A stretch of 64,000 bases of DNA from Eledone cirrhosa. Its lineage: Eukaryota. The stretch spans positions 20,708,001-20,772,000 of the forward strand of contig OZ024754.1 in the NCBI GenBank assembly GCA_964016885.1, given 5' to 3'. This document shows positions 1-14,539 of this stretch, in pieces. The position numbers and the translations under genes were made by a program. The first letter of the stretch is position 1. Every line of letters starts with the position of its first letter. Below the pieces are notes generated by a model. The model worked only from the letters and a program-made list of their open reading frames with translations, was not told where the DNA came from and searched no databases.

Positions 1-1387
1 AACATAGAGACTCCCCCCCATATTACCCTTGGTATTAATATAGAGACTCCCCCCCCCATATTACCCTTGGTATTAATATAGAGACTCCCTCCCATATTAA
101 CCTTGGTGTTAACATAGACTCCCTCCCATATTACCCATGGTATTAACATAGAGACCGCCCCCCCATATTACCCTTGGTATTAACATAGACTCCCTCCCAT
201 ATTACCCTTGGTATTAACATAGACTCCATTCCATATTACCCTTGGTATTAACATAGACTCCCTCACATATTACAATTGGTGTTTACATAGACTCCCTCCC
301 ATATTACCGTTGGTATTAACATAGGGACTCCCTCCCATATTAGCCTTGGTATTAACATAGGGACTCCCTCCCATATTAGCCTTGGTAGTAACATAGCCTC
401 CCTCCCATATTAGCCTTGGTATGTACATAGACTCCCTCCCATATTACCCTTGGTATTAACATAGACTCCCTCCCATATTACCCTTGGTATTAACATAGGG
501 ACTCCCTCCCATATTACCCTTGGTATTAACATAGAGACTCCCCCCATATTACCCTTGGTATTAATGTAGAGACTCCCTCCCATATTAACCTTGGTGTTAA
601 CATAGACTCCCTCCCATATTAGCCTTGGTATTAACATAGGGACTCCCTCCCATATTACCCTTGGTATTAACATAGGGACTCCCTCCCATATTACCCTTGG
701 TATTAACATAGAGACCGCCCCCCCATATTACCCTTGGTATTAACATAGACTCCCTCCCATATTACCCTTGGTATTAACATAGACTCCATCCCATATTACC
801 CTTGGTATTAACATAGACTCCCTCACATATTACAATTGGTGTTAACATAGACTCCCTCCCATATTACCGTTGGTATTATCATAGTGAATCTCTCCCATAT
901 TAGCCTTGGTATTAACATAGGGACTCCCTCCCATATTAGCCTTGGTATTAACATAGACTCCCTCCCATATTAGCCTTGGTATTTACATAGACTCCCTCCC
1001 ATATTACCCTTGGTATTAACATAGACTCCTCCCATATTACACTTGGTATTAACATAGGGACTCCCTCCCATATTACCCTTGGTATTAACATAGAGACTCC
1101 CTCCCATATTATCCTTGGTATTAACATAGACTACCTCCCATATTACCCTGGATCTTAACATAGACTCCCTCCCATATTAGACTTGGTATTAACATAGACT
1201 CCCTCCCATATTACCCTTGGTATTAACATAGACTCCCTCCCATATTACCCTTGGTATTAACATAGGGACTCCCTCCCATATTAGCCTTGGTATTAACATA
1301 GACTCCCTCCCATATTACCCTTGGTATTAACATAGACTCCCTCCCATGTTAGCCTTGGTATTAACATAGAGTCCTTCCCATATTAGC

Positions 1388-4300
1388 CTTGGTATTAACA
1401 TAGACTCCCTCCCATATTAGGCTTGGTATTAACATAGACTCCCTCCCATATTAGCCTTGGTATAAACATAGACTCCCTCCCATATTACCCTTGGTATTAA
1501 CATAGACTCCCTCCCATATTACCCTTGGTATTACCATAGATTCCTCCCATATTACCCTTGGTATTAACAGACTCTCTCCCATATCAGCCTTGGTATTAAC
1601 ATAGAGAATCCGACCCCCATATTACCCTTGGTATTAACATAGACTCCCTCCCATATTACCCTTGGTATTAACATAGACTCCCTCCCATATTGCCCTTGGT
1701 ATTATCATAGACTCCCTCACATATTACCCTTGGTATTAACATAGACTCCCTCCCATATTACCCTTGGTATTAACATAGACTCCTCCCATATTACCCTTGG
1801 TATTAATATAGAGACTCCGCCCCCCATATTACCCTTGGTATTAACATAGACTCGCTCCCATATTACCCTTGGTATTAACATAGACTCCCTCCCATATTAC
1901 CCTTGGTATTAACATAGACTACCTCCCATATTACCCTGGGTCTTAACATAGACTCCCTCCCATATTAGACTTGGTATTAACAAAGACTCCCTGTCATATT
2001 ACCCTTTGTATTAACATAGACTCCCTCCCATATTACCCTTGGTATTAACATAGACTCCCTCCCATATTACCCTTGGTTTTAACATAGGGACTTCCTCCCA
2101 TATTACCCTTGGTATTAACATAGAGACTCCCCCCCAATATTACCCTTGGTATTAATATAGAGACTCCCTCCCATATTAACCTTGGTGTTAACATAGACTC
2201 CCTCCCATATTACCCTTGGTATTAACATAGGGACTCCCTCCCATATTAGCCTTGGTAGTAACATAGCCTCCCTCCCATATTAGCCTTGGTATGTACATAG
2301 ACTCCCTCCCATATTACCCTTGGTATTAACATAGACTCCCTCCCATATTACCCTTGGTATTAACATAGGGACTCCCTCCCATATTACCCTTGGTATTAAC
2401 ATAGAGACTCCCTCCCATATCACCCTTGGTATTAACATAGACTACCTAGCATATTACCCTGGGTCTTAACATAGACTCCCTCCCATATTAGACTTGGTAT
2501 TAACATAGACTCCCTCCTATATTACCCTTGGTATTAACATAGACTCCCTCCCATATTACCCTTGGTATTAACATAGGGACACCCTCCCATATTACCCTTG
2601 GTATTAACATAGAAACTCCCCCTCCATATTACCCTTGGTATTAATATAGAGACTCCCTCCCATATTAACCTTGGTGTTAACATAGACTCCCTCCCATATT
2701 ACCCTTGGTATTAACATAGGGACTCCCTCCCATATTAGCCTTGGTATTAACATAGGGACTCCCTCCCATATTAGACTTGGTATTAACATAGACTCCCTCC
2801 CATATTACCCTTGGTATTAAAATAGACTCCTCCCATATTACCCTTGGTATTAACACAGACTCTTTCCCATATTAGCCTTGGTATTAATATAGAGACTCCG
2901 CCCCCCATATTACCCTTGGTATTAACATAGACTCGCTCCCATATTACCCTTGGTATTAACATAGACTCCCTCCCATATTAGACTTGGTATTAACATAGAC
3001 TCCCTGCCATATTACCCTTTGTATTAACATAGACTCCCTCCCATATTACCCTTGGTATTAACATAGACTCCATCCCATATTACCCTTTGTATTAACATAG
3101 ACTCCCTCCCATATTACCCTTGGTATTAACATAGACTAACTCCCATATTACCCTGGGTCTTAACATAGACTCCCTCCCATATTAGACTAGGTATTAACAT
3201 AGACTCCCTCCCATATTACCCTTGGTATTAACATAGGGACTCTCTCCCATATTACCCTTGGTACTAACATAGAGACTCCCCCCCATATTACCCTTGGTAT
3301 TAATGTAGATAATCCCTCCCATATTAAGCTTGGTGTTAACATAGACTCCCTCCCATATTAGCCTTGGTATTAACATAGGGACTCCCTCCCATATTAGCCT
3401 TGGTATTAACATAGGGACTCCCTCCCATATTAGCCTTGGTATTTACATAGACTCCCTCCAATATTACCCTTGGTATTAACATAGACTCCCTCCCATATTA
3501 CCCTTGGTATTAACATAGACTCCCTCCCATATTACCCTTGGTATTAACATAGACTCCCTCCCATATTACCCTTAGTATTAACATAGAGACTCCCTCCCAT
3601 ATTAACATTGGTATTAACATAGACTCCCGCCCATATTACCCTTGGTATTAACATAGACTCCCTCCAATATTAGACTTGGTATTAACATAGACTCCCTCCC
3701 ATATTACCGTTGGTATTAACATAGACTCCCTCCCATATTACCCTTGGTATTAACATAGACTCCTCCCATATTACCCTTGGTATTAACATAGACTCCCTCC
3801 CATATTAGCCTTGGTATTAATATAGAGACGCCGCCCCCCCCATTTTACCCTTGGTATTAACATAGACTCGCTCCCATATTACCCTTGGTATTAACATAGA
3901 CTCCCTCCCATATTACCCTTGGTATTAACATAGACTACCTCCCATATTACCCTTGGTATTAACATAGACTCCATCCCATATTACCCTTGGTATTAACATA
4001 GACTCCCTCACATATTACAATTGGTGTTAACATAGACTCCCAACCATATTACCGTTGGTATTAACATAGGGACTCTCTCCCATATTAGCCTTGGTATTAA
4101 GATAGGGACTCCCTCCCATATTAGCCTTGGTATTAACATAGACTCCCTCCCATATTAGCCTTGGTATTTACATAGACTCCCTCCCATATTACCCTTGGTA
4201 TTAACATAGACTCCCTCCCATATTACCCTTGGTATTAACATAGGGACTCCCTCCCATATTACCCTTGGTATTAACATAGAGACTCCCTCCCATATTATCC

Positions 4301-7300
4301 TTGGTATTAACATAGACTCCCTGCCATATTACCCTTTGTATTAACATAGACTAACTCCCATATTACGCTGGGTCTTAACATAGACTCCCTCCCATATTAG
4401 ACTTGGTATTAACATAGACTCCCTCCCATATTACCCTTGGTATTAACATAGGGACTCCCTCCCATATTACCCTTGGTATTAACATAGAGACTCCCCCCCA
4501 TATTACCCTTGGTATTAATGTAGAGACTCCCTCCCATATTAACCTTGGTGTTAACATAGACTCCCTCCCATATTACCCTTGGTATTAACATAGGGACTCC
4601 CTCCCATATTAGCCTTGGTATTAACATAGGGACTCCCTCCCATATTAGCCTTGGTATTTACATAGACTCCCTCCCATATTACCCTTGGTATTAACATAGA
4701 CTCCCTCCCATATTACCCTTAGTATTAACATAGACTACCTGCCATATTACCCTTTGTATTAACATAGACTCCCTCCCATATTACCCTTGGTATTAACATA
4801 GACTCCCTCCCATATTAGCCTGGGTATTAACATAGAGACTCCCCCCCCCCCATATTACCCTTGGTATTAATATAGACTCCCTCCCATATTACCCTTTGTA
4901 TTAAAATAGACCCCCTCGCATATTACCCATGGTATTAACATAGACTCCCTCCCATATTACCCTTGGTATTAACATAGACTCCCTGCCATATTACCCTTTG
5001 TATTAACATAGACTCCCTCCCATATTACCCTTGGTATTAACATAGACTCCCTCCCATATTAGCCTGGGTATTAACATAGAGACTCCCCCCCCCATATTAC
5101 CCTTGGTATTAACATAGACTCCCTCCCATATTAGGCTTGGTATTAACATAGACTCCCTCCCATATTAGCCTTGGTATAAACATAGACTCCCTCCCATATT
5201 ACCCTTGGTATTAACATAGACTCCCTCCCATATTACCCTTGGTATTACCATACATTCCTCCCATATTACCCTTGGTATTAACAGACTCTCTCCCATATCA
5301 GCCTTGGTATTAACATAGAGAATCCGACCCCCATATTACCCTTGGTATTAACATAGACTCCCTCCCATATTACCCTTGGTATTAACATAGACTCCCTCCC
5401 ATATTGCCCTTGGTATTATCATAGACTCCCTCACATATTACCCTTGGTATTAACATAGACTCCCTCCCATATTACCCTTGGTATTAACATAGACTCCTCC
5501 CATATTACCCTTGGTATTAATATAGAGACTCCGCCCCCCATATTACCCTTGGTATTAACATAGACTCGCTCCCATATTACCCTTGGTATTAACATAGACT
5601 CCCTCCCATATTACCCTTGATATTAACATAGACTACCTCCCATATTACCCTGGGTCTTAACATAGACTCCCTCCCATATTAGACTTGGTATTAACAAAGA
5701 CTCCCTGTCATATTACCCTTTGTATTAACATAGACTCCCTCCCATATTACCCTTGGTATTAACATAGACTCCCTCCCATATTACCCTTGGTTTTAACATA
5801 GGGACTTCCTCCCATATTACCCTTGGTATTAACATAGAGACTCCCCCCCAATATTACCCTTGGTATTAATATAGAGACTCCCTCCCATATTAACCTTGGT
5901 GTTAACATAGACTCCCTCCCATATTACCCTTGGTATTAACATAGGGACTCCCTCCCATATTAGCCTTGGTAGTAACATAGCCTCCCTCCCATATTAGCCT
6001 TGGTATGTACATAGACTCCCTCCCATATTACCCTTGGTATTAACATAGACTCCCTCCCATATTACCCTTGGTATTAACATAGGGACTCCCTCCCATATTA
6101 CCCTTGGTATTAACATAGAGACTCCCTCCCATATCACCCTTGGTATTAACATAGACTACCTAGCATATTACCCTGGGTCTTAACATAGACTCCCTCCCAT
6201 ATTAGACTTGGTATTAACATAGACTCCCTCCTATATTACCCTTGGTATTAACATAGACTCCCTCCCATATTACCCTTGGTATTAACATAGGGACTCCCTC
6301 CCATATTACCCTTGGTATTAACATAGAAACTCCCCCTCCATATTACCCTTGGTATTAATATAGAGACTCCCTCCCATATTAACCTTGGTGTTAACATAGA
6401 CTCCCTCCCATATTACCCTTGGTATTAACATAGGGACTCCCTCCCATATTAGCCTTGGTATTAACATAGGGACTCCCTCCCATATTAGACTTGGTATTAA
6501 CATAGACTCCCTCCCATATTACCCTTGGTATTAAAATAGACTCCTCCCATATTACCCTTGGTATTAACACAGACTCTTTCCCATATTAGCCTTGGTATTA
6601 ATATAGAGACTCCGCCCCCCATATTACCCTTGGTATTAACATAGACTCGCTCCCATATTACCCTTGGTATTAACATAGACTCCCTCCCATATTAGACTTG
6701 GTATTAACATAGACTCCCTGCCATATTACCCTTTGTATTAACATAGACTCCCTCCCATATTACCCTTGGTATTAACATAGACTCCATCCCATATTACCCT
6801 TTGTATTAACATAGACTCCCTCCCATATTACCCTTGGTATTAACATAGACTAACTCCCATATTACCCTGGGTCTTAACATAGACTCCCTCCCATATTAGA
6901 CTAGGTATTAACATAGACTCCCTCCCATATTACCCTTGGTATTAACATAGGGACTCTCTCCCATATTACCCTTGGTACTAACATAGAGACTCCCCCCCAT
7001 ATTACCCTTGGTATTAATGTAGATAATCCCTCCCATATTAACCTTGGTGTTAACATAGACTCCCTCCCATATTAGCCTTGGTATTAACATAGGGACTCCC
7101 TCCCATATTAGCCTTGGTATTAACATAGGGACTCCCTCCCATATTAGCCTTGGTATTTACATAGACTCCCTCCAATATTACCCTTGGTATTAACATAGAC
7201 TCCCTCCCATATTACCCTTGGTATTAACATAGACTCCCTCCCATATTACCCTTGGTATTAACATAGACTCCCTCCCATATTACCCTTAGTATTAACATAG

Positions 7301-8762
7301 AGACTCCCTCCCATATTAACATTGGTATTAACATAGACTCCCGCCCATATTACCCTTGGTATTAACATAGACTCCCTCCAATATTAGACTTGGTATTAAC
7401 ATAGACTCCCTCCCATATTACCGTTGGTATTAACATAGACTCCCTCCCATATTACCCTTGGTATTAACATAGACTCCTCCCATATTACCCTTGGTATTAA
7501 CATAGACTCCCTCCCATATTAGCTTTGGTATTAATATAGAGACGCCGCCCCCCCATTTTACCCTTGGTATTAACATAGACTCGCTCCCATATTACCCTTG
7601 GTATTAACATAGACTCCCTCCCATATTACCCTTGGTATTAACATAGACTACCTCCCATATTACCCTTGGTATTAACATAGACTCCATCCCATATTACCCT
7701 TGGTATTAACATAGACTCCCTCACATATTACAATTGGTGTTAACATAGACTCCCAACCATATTACCGTTGGTATTAACATAGGGACTCTCTCCCATATTA
7801 GCCTTGGTATTAAGATAGGGACTCCCTCCCATATTAGCCTTGGTATTAACATAGACTCCCTCCCATATTAGCCTTGGTATTTACATAGACTCCCTCCCAT
7901 ATTACCCTTGGTATTAACATAGACTCCCTCCCATATTACCCTTGGTATTAACATAGGGACTCCCTCCCATATTACCCTTGGTATTAACATAGAGACTCCC
8001 TCCCATATTATCCTTGGTATTAACATAGACTCCCTGCCATATTACCCTTTGTATTAACATAGACTAACTCCCATATTACGCTGGGTCTTAACATAGACTC
8101 CCTCCCATATTAGACTTGGTATTAACATAGACTCCCTCCCATATAAACCTTGGTATTAACATAGGGATTCCCTCCCATATTACCCTTGGTATTAACATAG
8201 AGACTCCCCCCCATATTACCCTTGGTATTAATGTAGAGACTCCCTCCCATATTAACCTTGGTGTTAACATAGACTCCCTCCCATATTACCCTTGGTATTA
8301 ACATAGGGACTCCCTCCCATATTAGCCTTGGTATTAACATAGGGACTCCCTCCCATATTAGCCTTGGTATTTACATAGACTCCCTCCCATATTACCCTTG
8401 GTATTAACATAGACTCCCTCCCATATTACCCTTAGTATTAACATAGACTACCTGCCATATTACCCTTTGTATTAACATAGACTCCCTCCCATATTACCCT
8501 TGGTATTAACATAGACTCCCTCCCATATTAGCCTGGGTATTAACATAGAGACTCCCCCCCCCCCATATTACCCTTGGTATTAATATAGACTCCCTCCCAT
8601 ATTACCCTTTGTATTAAAATAGACCCCCTCGCATATTACCCATGGTATTAACATAGACTCCCTCCCATATTACCCTTGGTATTAACATAGACTCCCTGCC
8701 ATATTACCCTTTGTATTAACATAGACTCCCTCCCATATTACCCTTGGTATTAACATAGACTC
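1388..8762. repeat. Near-identical tandem segmental duplication within the array, period 3714 bp (copy 1 about 1388-5101, copy 2 about 5102-8762)
   Basis: The rare variant TTAGGCTTGG sits at 1417 and 5131. CTACCTAGCAT, GAAACTCCCCTCC and TTAAGATAGGG recur at the same offset. ORF track pairs 2604/6318, 3194/6908 and 4375/8088 differ by 3714, 3714 and 3713. Confidence 0.93.
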
Positions 8763-9334
8763 GCTCACATATTACCCTTGGTATTAACATAGACTCCCTC
8801 CCATATTACCCTTGGTATTAACATAGACTACCTCCCATATTACCCTGCGTCTTAACATAGACTCCCTCCCATATTAGACTTGGTATTAACAAAGACTCCC
8901 TGCCATATTACCCTTTGTATTAACATAGACTCCCTCCCATATTACCCTTGGCATTAACATAGACTCCCTCCCATATTACCCTTGGTTTTAACATAGGGAC
9001 TTCCTCCCATATTACCCTTGGTATTAACATAGAGACTCCCCCCCATATTACCCTTGGTATTAATATAGAGACTCCCCCCAATATTACCCTTGGCATTAAT
9101 ATAGAGACTCCCTCCCATATTAACCTTGGTGTTAACATAGACTCCCTCCCATATTACCCTTGGTATTAACATAGTGACTCCCTCCCATATTAGCCTTGGT
9201 AGTAACATAGCCTCCCTCCCATATTAGCCTTGGTATGTACATAGACTCCCTCCCATATTACCCTTGGTATTAACATAGACTCCCTCCCATATTACCGTTG
9301 GTATTAACATAGGGACTCCCTCCCATTTTACCCT

Positions 9335-10210
9335 TGGTATTAACATAGAGACTCCCTCCCATATTACCCTTGGTATTAAGATAGACTACCTCCCATATTA
9401 CCCTGGGTCTTAACATAGACTCCCTCCCATATTAGACTTGGTATTAACATAGACTCCCTCCTATATTACCCTTGGTATTAACATAGACTCCCTCCCATAT
9501 TACCCTTGGTATTAACATAGGGACTCCCTCCCATATTACCCTTGGTATTAACATAGAGACTCCCCCCCATATTACCCTTGGTATTAATATACAGACTCCC
9601 TCCCATATTACCCTTGGTATTAACATAGGGACTCCCTCCCATATTAGCCTTGGTATTAACATAGGGACTCCCTCCCATATTAGACTTGGTATTAACATAG
9701 ACTCCCTCCCATATTACCCTTGGTATTAACATAGACTCCTCCCATATTACCCTTGTTATTAATGTAGAGACTCCCTCCCATATTACCCTTGGTATTAACA
9801 TAGAGACTCCCTCCCATATTACCCTTGGTATTAAGATAGACTACCTCCCATATTACCCTGGGTCTTAACATAGACTCCCTCCCATATTAGACTTGGTATT
9901 AACATAGACTCCCTCCTATATTACCCTTGGTATTAACATAGACTCCCTCCCATATTACCCTTGGTATTAACATAGGGACTCCCTCCCATATTACCCTTGG
10001 TATTAACATAGAGACTCCCCCCCATATTACCCTTGGTATTAATATACAGACTCCCTCCCATATTACCCTTGGTATTAACATAGGGACTCCCTCCCATATT
10101 AGCCTTGGTATTAACATAGGGACTCCCTCCCATATTAGACTTGGTATTAACATAGACTCCCTCCCATATTACCCTTGGTATTAACATAGACTCCTCCCAT
10201 ATTACCCTTG
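9335..10210. repeat. Tandem duplication, period 455 bp (about 13 monomers)
   Basis: Identical ORFs at 9444 and 9899. The rare variants TTAAGATAGACTACC and AATATACAGACT each occur at a 455-bp offset. Confidence 0.9.
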
Positions 10211-13200
10211 GTATTAACATAGACTCCCTCCCATATTAGCCTTAGTATTAATATAGAGACTCCGCCCCCCATATTACCCTTGGTATTAACATAGACTCGC
10301 TCCCATATTACCCTTGGTATTAACATAGACTCCCTCCCATATTAGACTTGGTATTAACATAGACTCCCTGCCATATTACCCTTTGTATTAACATAGACTC
10401 CCTCCCATATTACCCTTGGTATTAACATAGACTCCATCCCATATTACCCTTGGTATTAACATAGACTCCCTCACATATTACAATTGGTGTTAACATAGAC
10501 TCCCAACCATATTACCGTTGGTATTAACATAGGGACTCCCCCCCATATTACCCTTGGTATTAATATACAGACTCCCTCCCATATTAGCCTTGGTATTAAC
10601 ATAGGGACTCCCTCCTATATTAGCCTTGGTATTAACATAGACTCCCTCCCATATTAGCCTTGGTATTTACATAGACTCCCTCCCATATTACCCTTGGTAT
10701 TAACATAGACTCCCTCCCATATTACCCTTGGTATTAACATAGGGACTCCCTCCCATATTACCCTTGGTATTAACATAGAGACTCCCTCCCATATTATCCT
10801 TGGTATTAACATAGACTCCCTGCCATACTACCCTTTGTATTAACATAGACTAACTCCCATATTTCGCTGGGTCTTAACATAGACTCCCTCCCATATTAGA
10901 CTTGGTATTAACATAGACTCCCTCCCATATTACCCTTGGTATTAACATAGGGACTCCCTCCCATATTACCCTTGGTATTAACATAGAGACTCCCCCCCAT
11001 ATTACCCTTGTTATTAATGTAGAGACTCCCTCCCATATTAACCTTGGTGTTAACATAGACTCCCTCCCATATTAGCCTTGGTATTAACATAGGGACTCCC
11101 TCCCATATTAGCCTTGGTATTAACATAGGGACTCCCTCCCATATTAGCCTTGGTATTTACATAGACTCCCTCCCATATTACCCTTGGTATTAACATAGAC
11201 TCCCTCCCATATTACCCTTGGTATTAACATAGACTACCTGCCATATTACCCTTTGTATTAACATAGACTCCCTCCCATATTACCCTTGGTATTAACATAA
11301 ACTCCCTCCCATATTAGCCTGGGTATTAACATAGAGACTCCCCCCCCCATATTACCCTTGGTATTAATATAGACTCCCTCCCATATTACCCTTGGTATTA
11401 ACATAGACCCCCTCCCATATTACCCATGGTGTTAAAATAGACTCCCTCCCATATTACCCTTGGTATTAACATAGACTCCCTGCCATATTACCCTTTGTAT
11501 TAACATAGACTCCCTCCCATATTACCCTTGGTATTAACATAGACTCCATCCCATATTACCCTTGGTATTAACATAGACTCCCTCACATATTACAATTGGT
11601 GTTAACATAGACTCCCAACCATGTTACCGTTGGTATTAACATAGCGACTCTCTCCCATATTAGCCTTGGTATTAACATAGGGACTCCCTCCCATATTAGC
11701 CTTGGTATTAACATAGACTCCCTCCCATATTAGCCTTGGTATTTACATAGACTCCCTCCCATATTACCCTTGGTATTAACATAGACTCCCTCCCATATTA
11801 CCCTTGGTATTAACATAGGGACTCCCTCCCATATTACCCTTGGTATTAACATAGAGACTCCCTCCCATATTATCCTTGGTATTAACATAGACTCCATGCC
11901 ATATTACCCTTTGTATTAACATAGACTAACTCCCATATTACCCTGGGTCTTAACATAGACTCCCTCCCATATTAGACTAGGTATTAACATAGACTCCCTC
12001 CCATATTACCCTTGGTATTAACATAGGGACTCTTTCCCATATTACCCTTGGTATTAACATAGGGACTCTCTCCCATATTACCCTTGGTATTAATGTAGAT
12101 AATCCCTCCCATATTAACCTTGGTGTTAACATAGACTCCCTCCCATATTAGCCTTGGTATTAACATAGGGACTCCCTCCCATATTAGCCTTGGTATTAAC
12201 ATAGGGACTCCCTCCCATATTAGCCTTGGTATTTACATAGACTCCCTCCCATATTACCCTTGGTATTAACATAGACTCCCTCCCATATTACCCTTTGTAT
12301 TAACATAGACTCCCTCCCATATTACCCTTGGTATTAACATAGACTCCCTCCCATATTACCCTTAGTATTAACATAGAGACTCCCTCCCATATTAACATTG
12401 GTATTAACATAGACTCCCGCCCATATTACCCTTGGTATTAACATAGACTCCCTCCCATATTAGACTTGGTATTGACATAGACTCCCTCCCATATTACCGT
12501 TGGTATTAACATAGACTCCCTCCCATATTACCCTTGGTATTAACATAGACTCCTCCCATATTAGCCTTGGTATTAACATAGACTCCCTCCCATATTAGCC
12601 TTGGTATTAATATAGAGACGCCGCCCCCCCGTTTTACCCTTGGTATTAACATAGACTCGCTCCCATATTACCCTTGGTATTAACATAGACTCCCTCCCAT
12701 ATTACCCTTGGTATTAACATAGACTCCATCCCATATTACCGTTGGTATTAACATAGGGACTCCCTCCCATATTAGCCTTGGTATTAACATAGGGACTCTC
12801 TCCCATATTACCCTTGGTATTAATGTAGATAATCCCTCCCATATTAACCTTGGTGTTAACATAGACTCCCTCCCATATTAGCCTTGGTATTAACATAGGG
12901 ACTCCCTCCCATATTAGCCTTGGTATTAACATAGGGACTCCCTCCCATATTAGCCTTGGTATTTACATAGACTCCCTCCCATATTACCCTTGGTATTAAC
13001 ATAGACTCCCTCCCATATTACCCTTGGTATTAACATAGACTCCATCCCATATTACCGTTGGTATTAACATAGACTCCCTCCCATATTAGCCTTGGTATTT
13101 ACATAGACTCCCTCCCATATTACCCGTGGTATTAACATAGACTCCTCCCATATTACCGTTGGTATTAACATAGGGACTCCCTCCCATATTAGCCTTGGTA

Positions 13201-14539
13201 TTAACATAGGGACTCGCTCCCATATTAGCCTTGGTATTAACATAGACTCCCTCCCATATTAGCCTTGGTATTTACATAGACTCCCTCCCATATTACCCGT
13301 GGTATTAACATAGACTCCTCCCATATTACCCGTGGTATTAACATAGACTCCTCCCATATTACCCTTGGTATTAATATAGAGACTCCCCCCCAATATTACC
13401 CTTGGTATTAATATAGAGACTCCCTCCCATATTAACCTTGGTGTTAACATAGACTCCCTCCCATATTACCCTTGGTATTAACATAGGGACTCCCTCCCAT
13501 ATTACCCTTGGTATTAACATAGAGAGCGCCCCCCATATTACCCTTGGTATTAACATAGACTCCCTCCCATATTACCCTTGGTATTAACATAGACTCCATC
13601 CCATATTACCCTTGGTATTAACATAGACTCCCTCACATATTACAATTGGTGTTAACATAGACTCCCTCCCATATTACCGTTGGTATTAAAATAGTGAATC
13701 TCTCCCATATTAGCCTTGGTATTAACATAGGGACTCCCTCCCATATTAGCCTTGGTATTAACATAGACTCCCTCCCATATTAGCCTTGGTATTTACATAG
13801 ACTCCCTCCCATATTACCCTTGGTATTAACATAGACTCCTCCCATATTACCCTTGGTATTAACATAGGGACTCCCTCCCATATTACCCTTGGTATTAACA
13901 TAGAGACTCCCTCCCATATTATCCTTGGTATTAACATAGACTACCTCCCATATTACCCTGGGTCTTAACATAGACTCCCTCCCATATTAGACTTGGTATT
14001 AACATAGACTCCCTCCCATATTACCCTTGGTATTAACATAGACTCCCTCCCATATTACCCTTGGTATTGACATAGGGACTCCCTCCCATATTAGCCTTGG
14101 TATTAACATAGACTCCCTCCCATATTACCCTTGGTATTAACATAGACTCCCTCCCATATTACCCTTGGTATTAACATAGACTCCCTCCCATGTTAGCCTT
14201 GGTATTAACATAGACTCCTTCCCATATTAGCCTTGGTATTAACATAGACTCCCTCCCATATTAGGCTTGGTATTAACATAGACTCCCTCCCATATTAGCC
14301 TTGGTATAAACATAGACTCCCTCCCATATTACCCTTGGTACTAACATAGACTCCCTCCCATATTACCCTTGGTATTAACATAGACTCCCTCCCATATTAC
14401 CCTTGGTATTACCATAGACTCCTCCCATATTACCCTTGGTATTAACAGACTCTCTCCCATATCAGCCTTGGTATTAACATAGAGACTCCAACCCCCATAT
14501 TACCCTTGGTATTAACATAGACTCCCTCCCATATTACCC

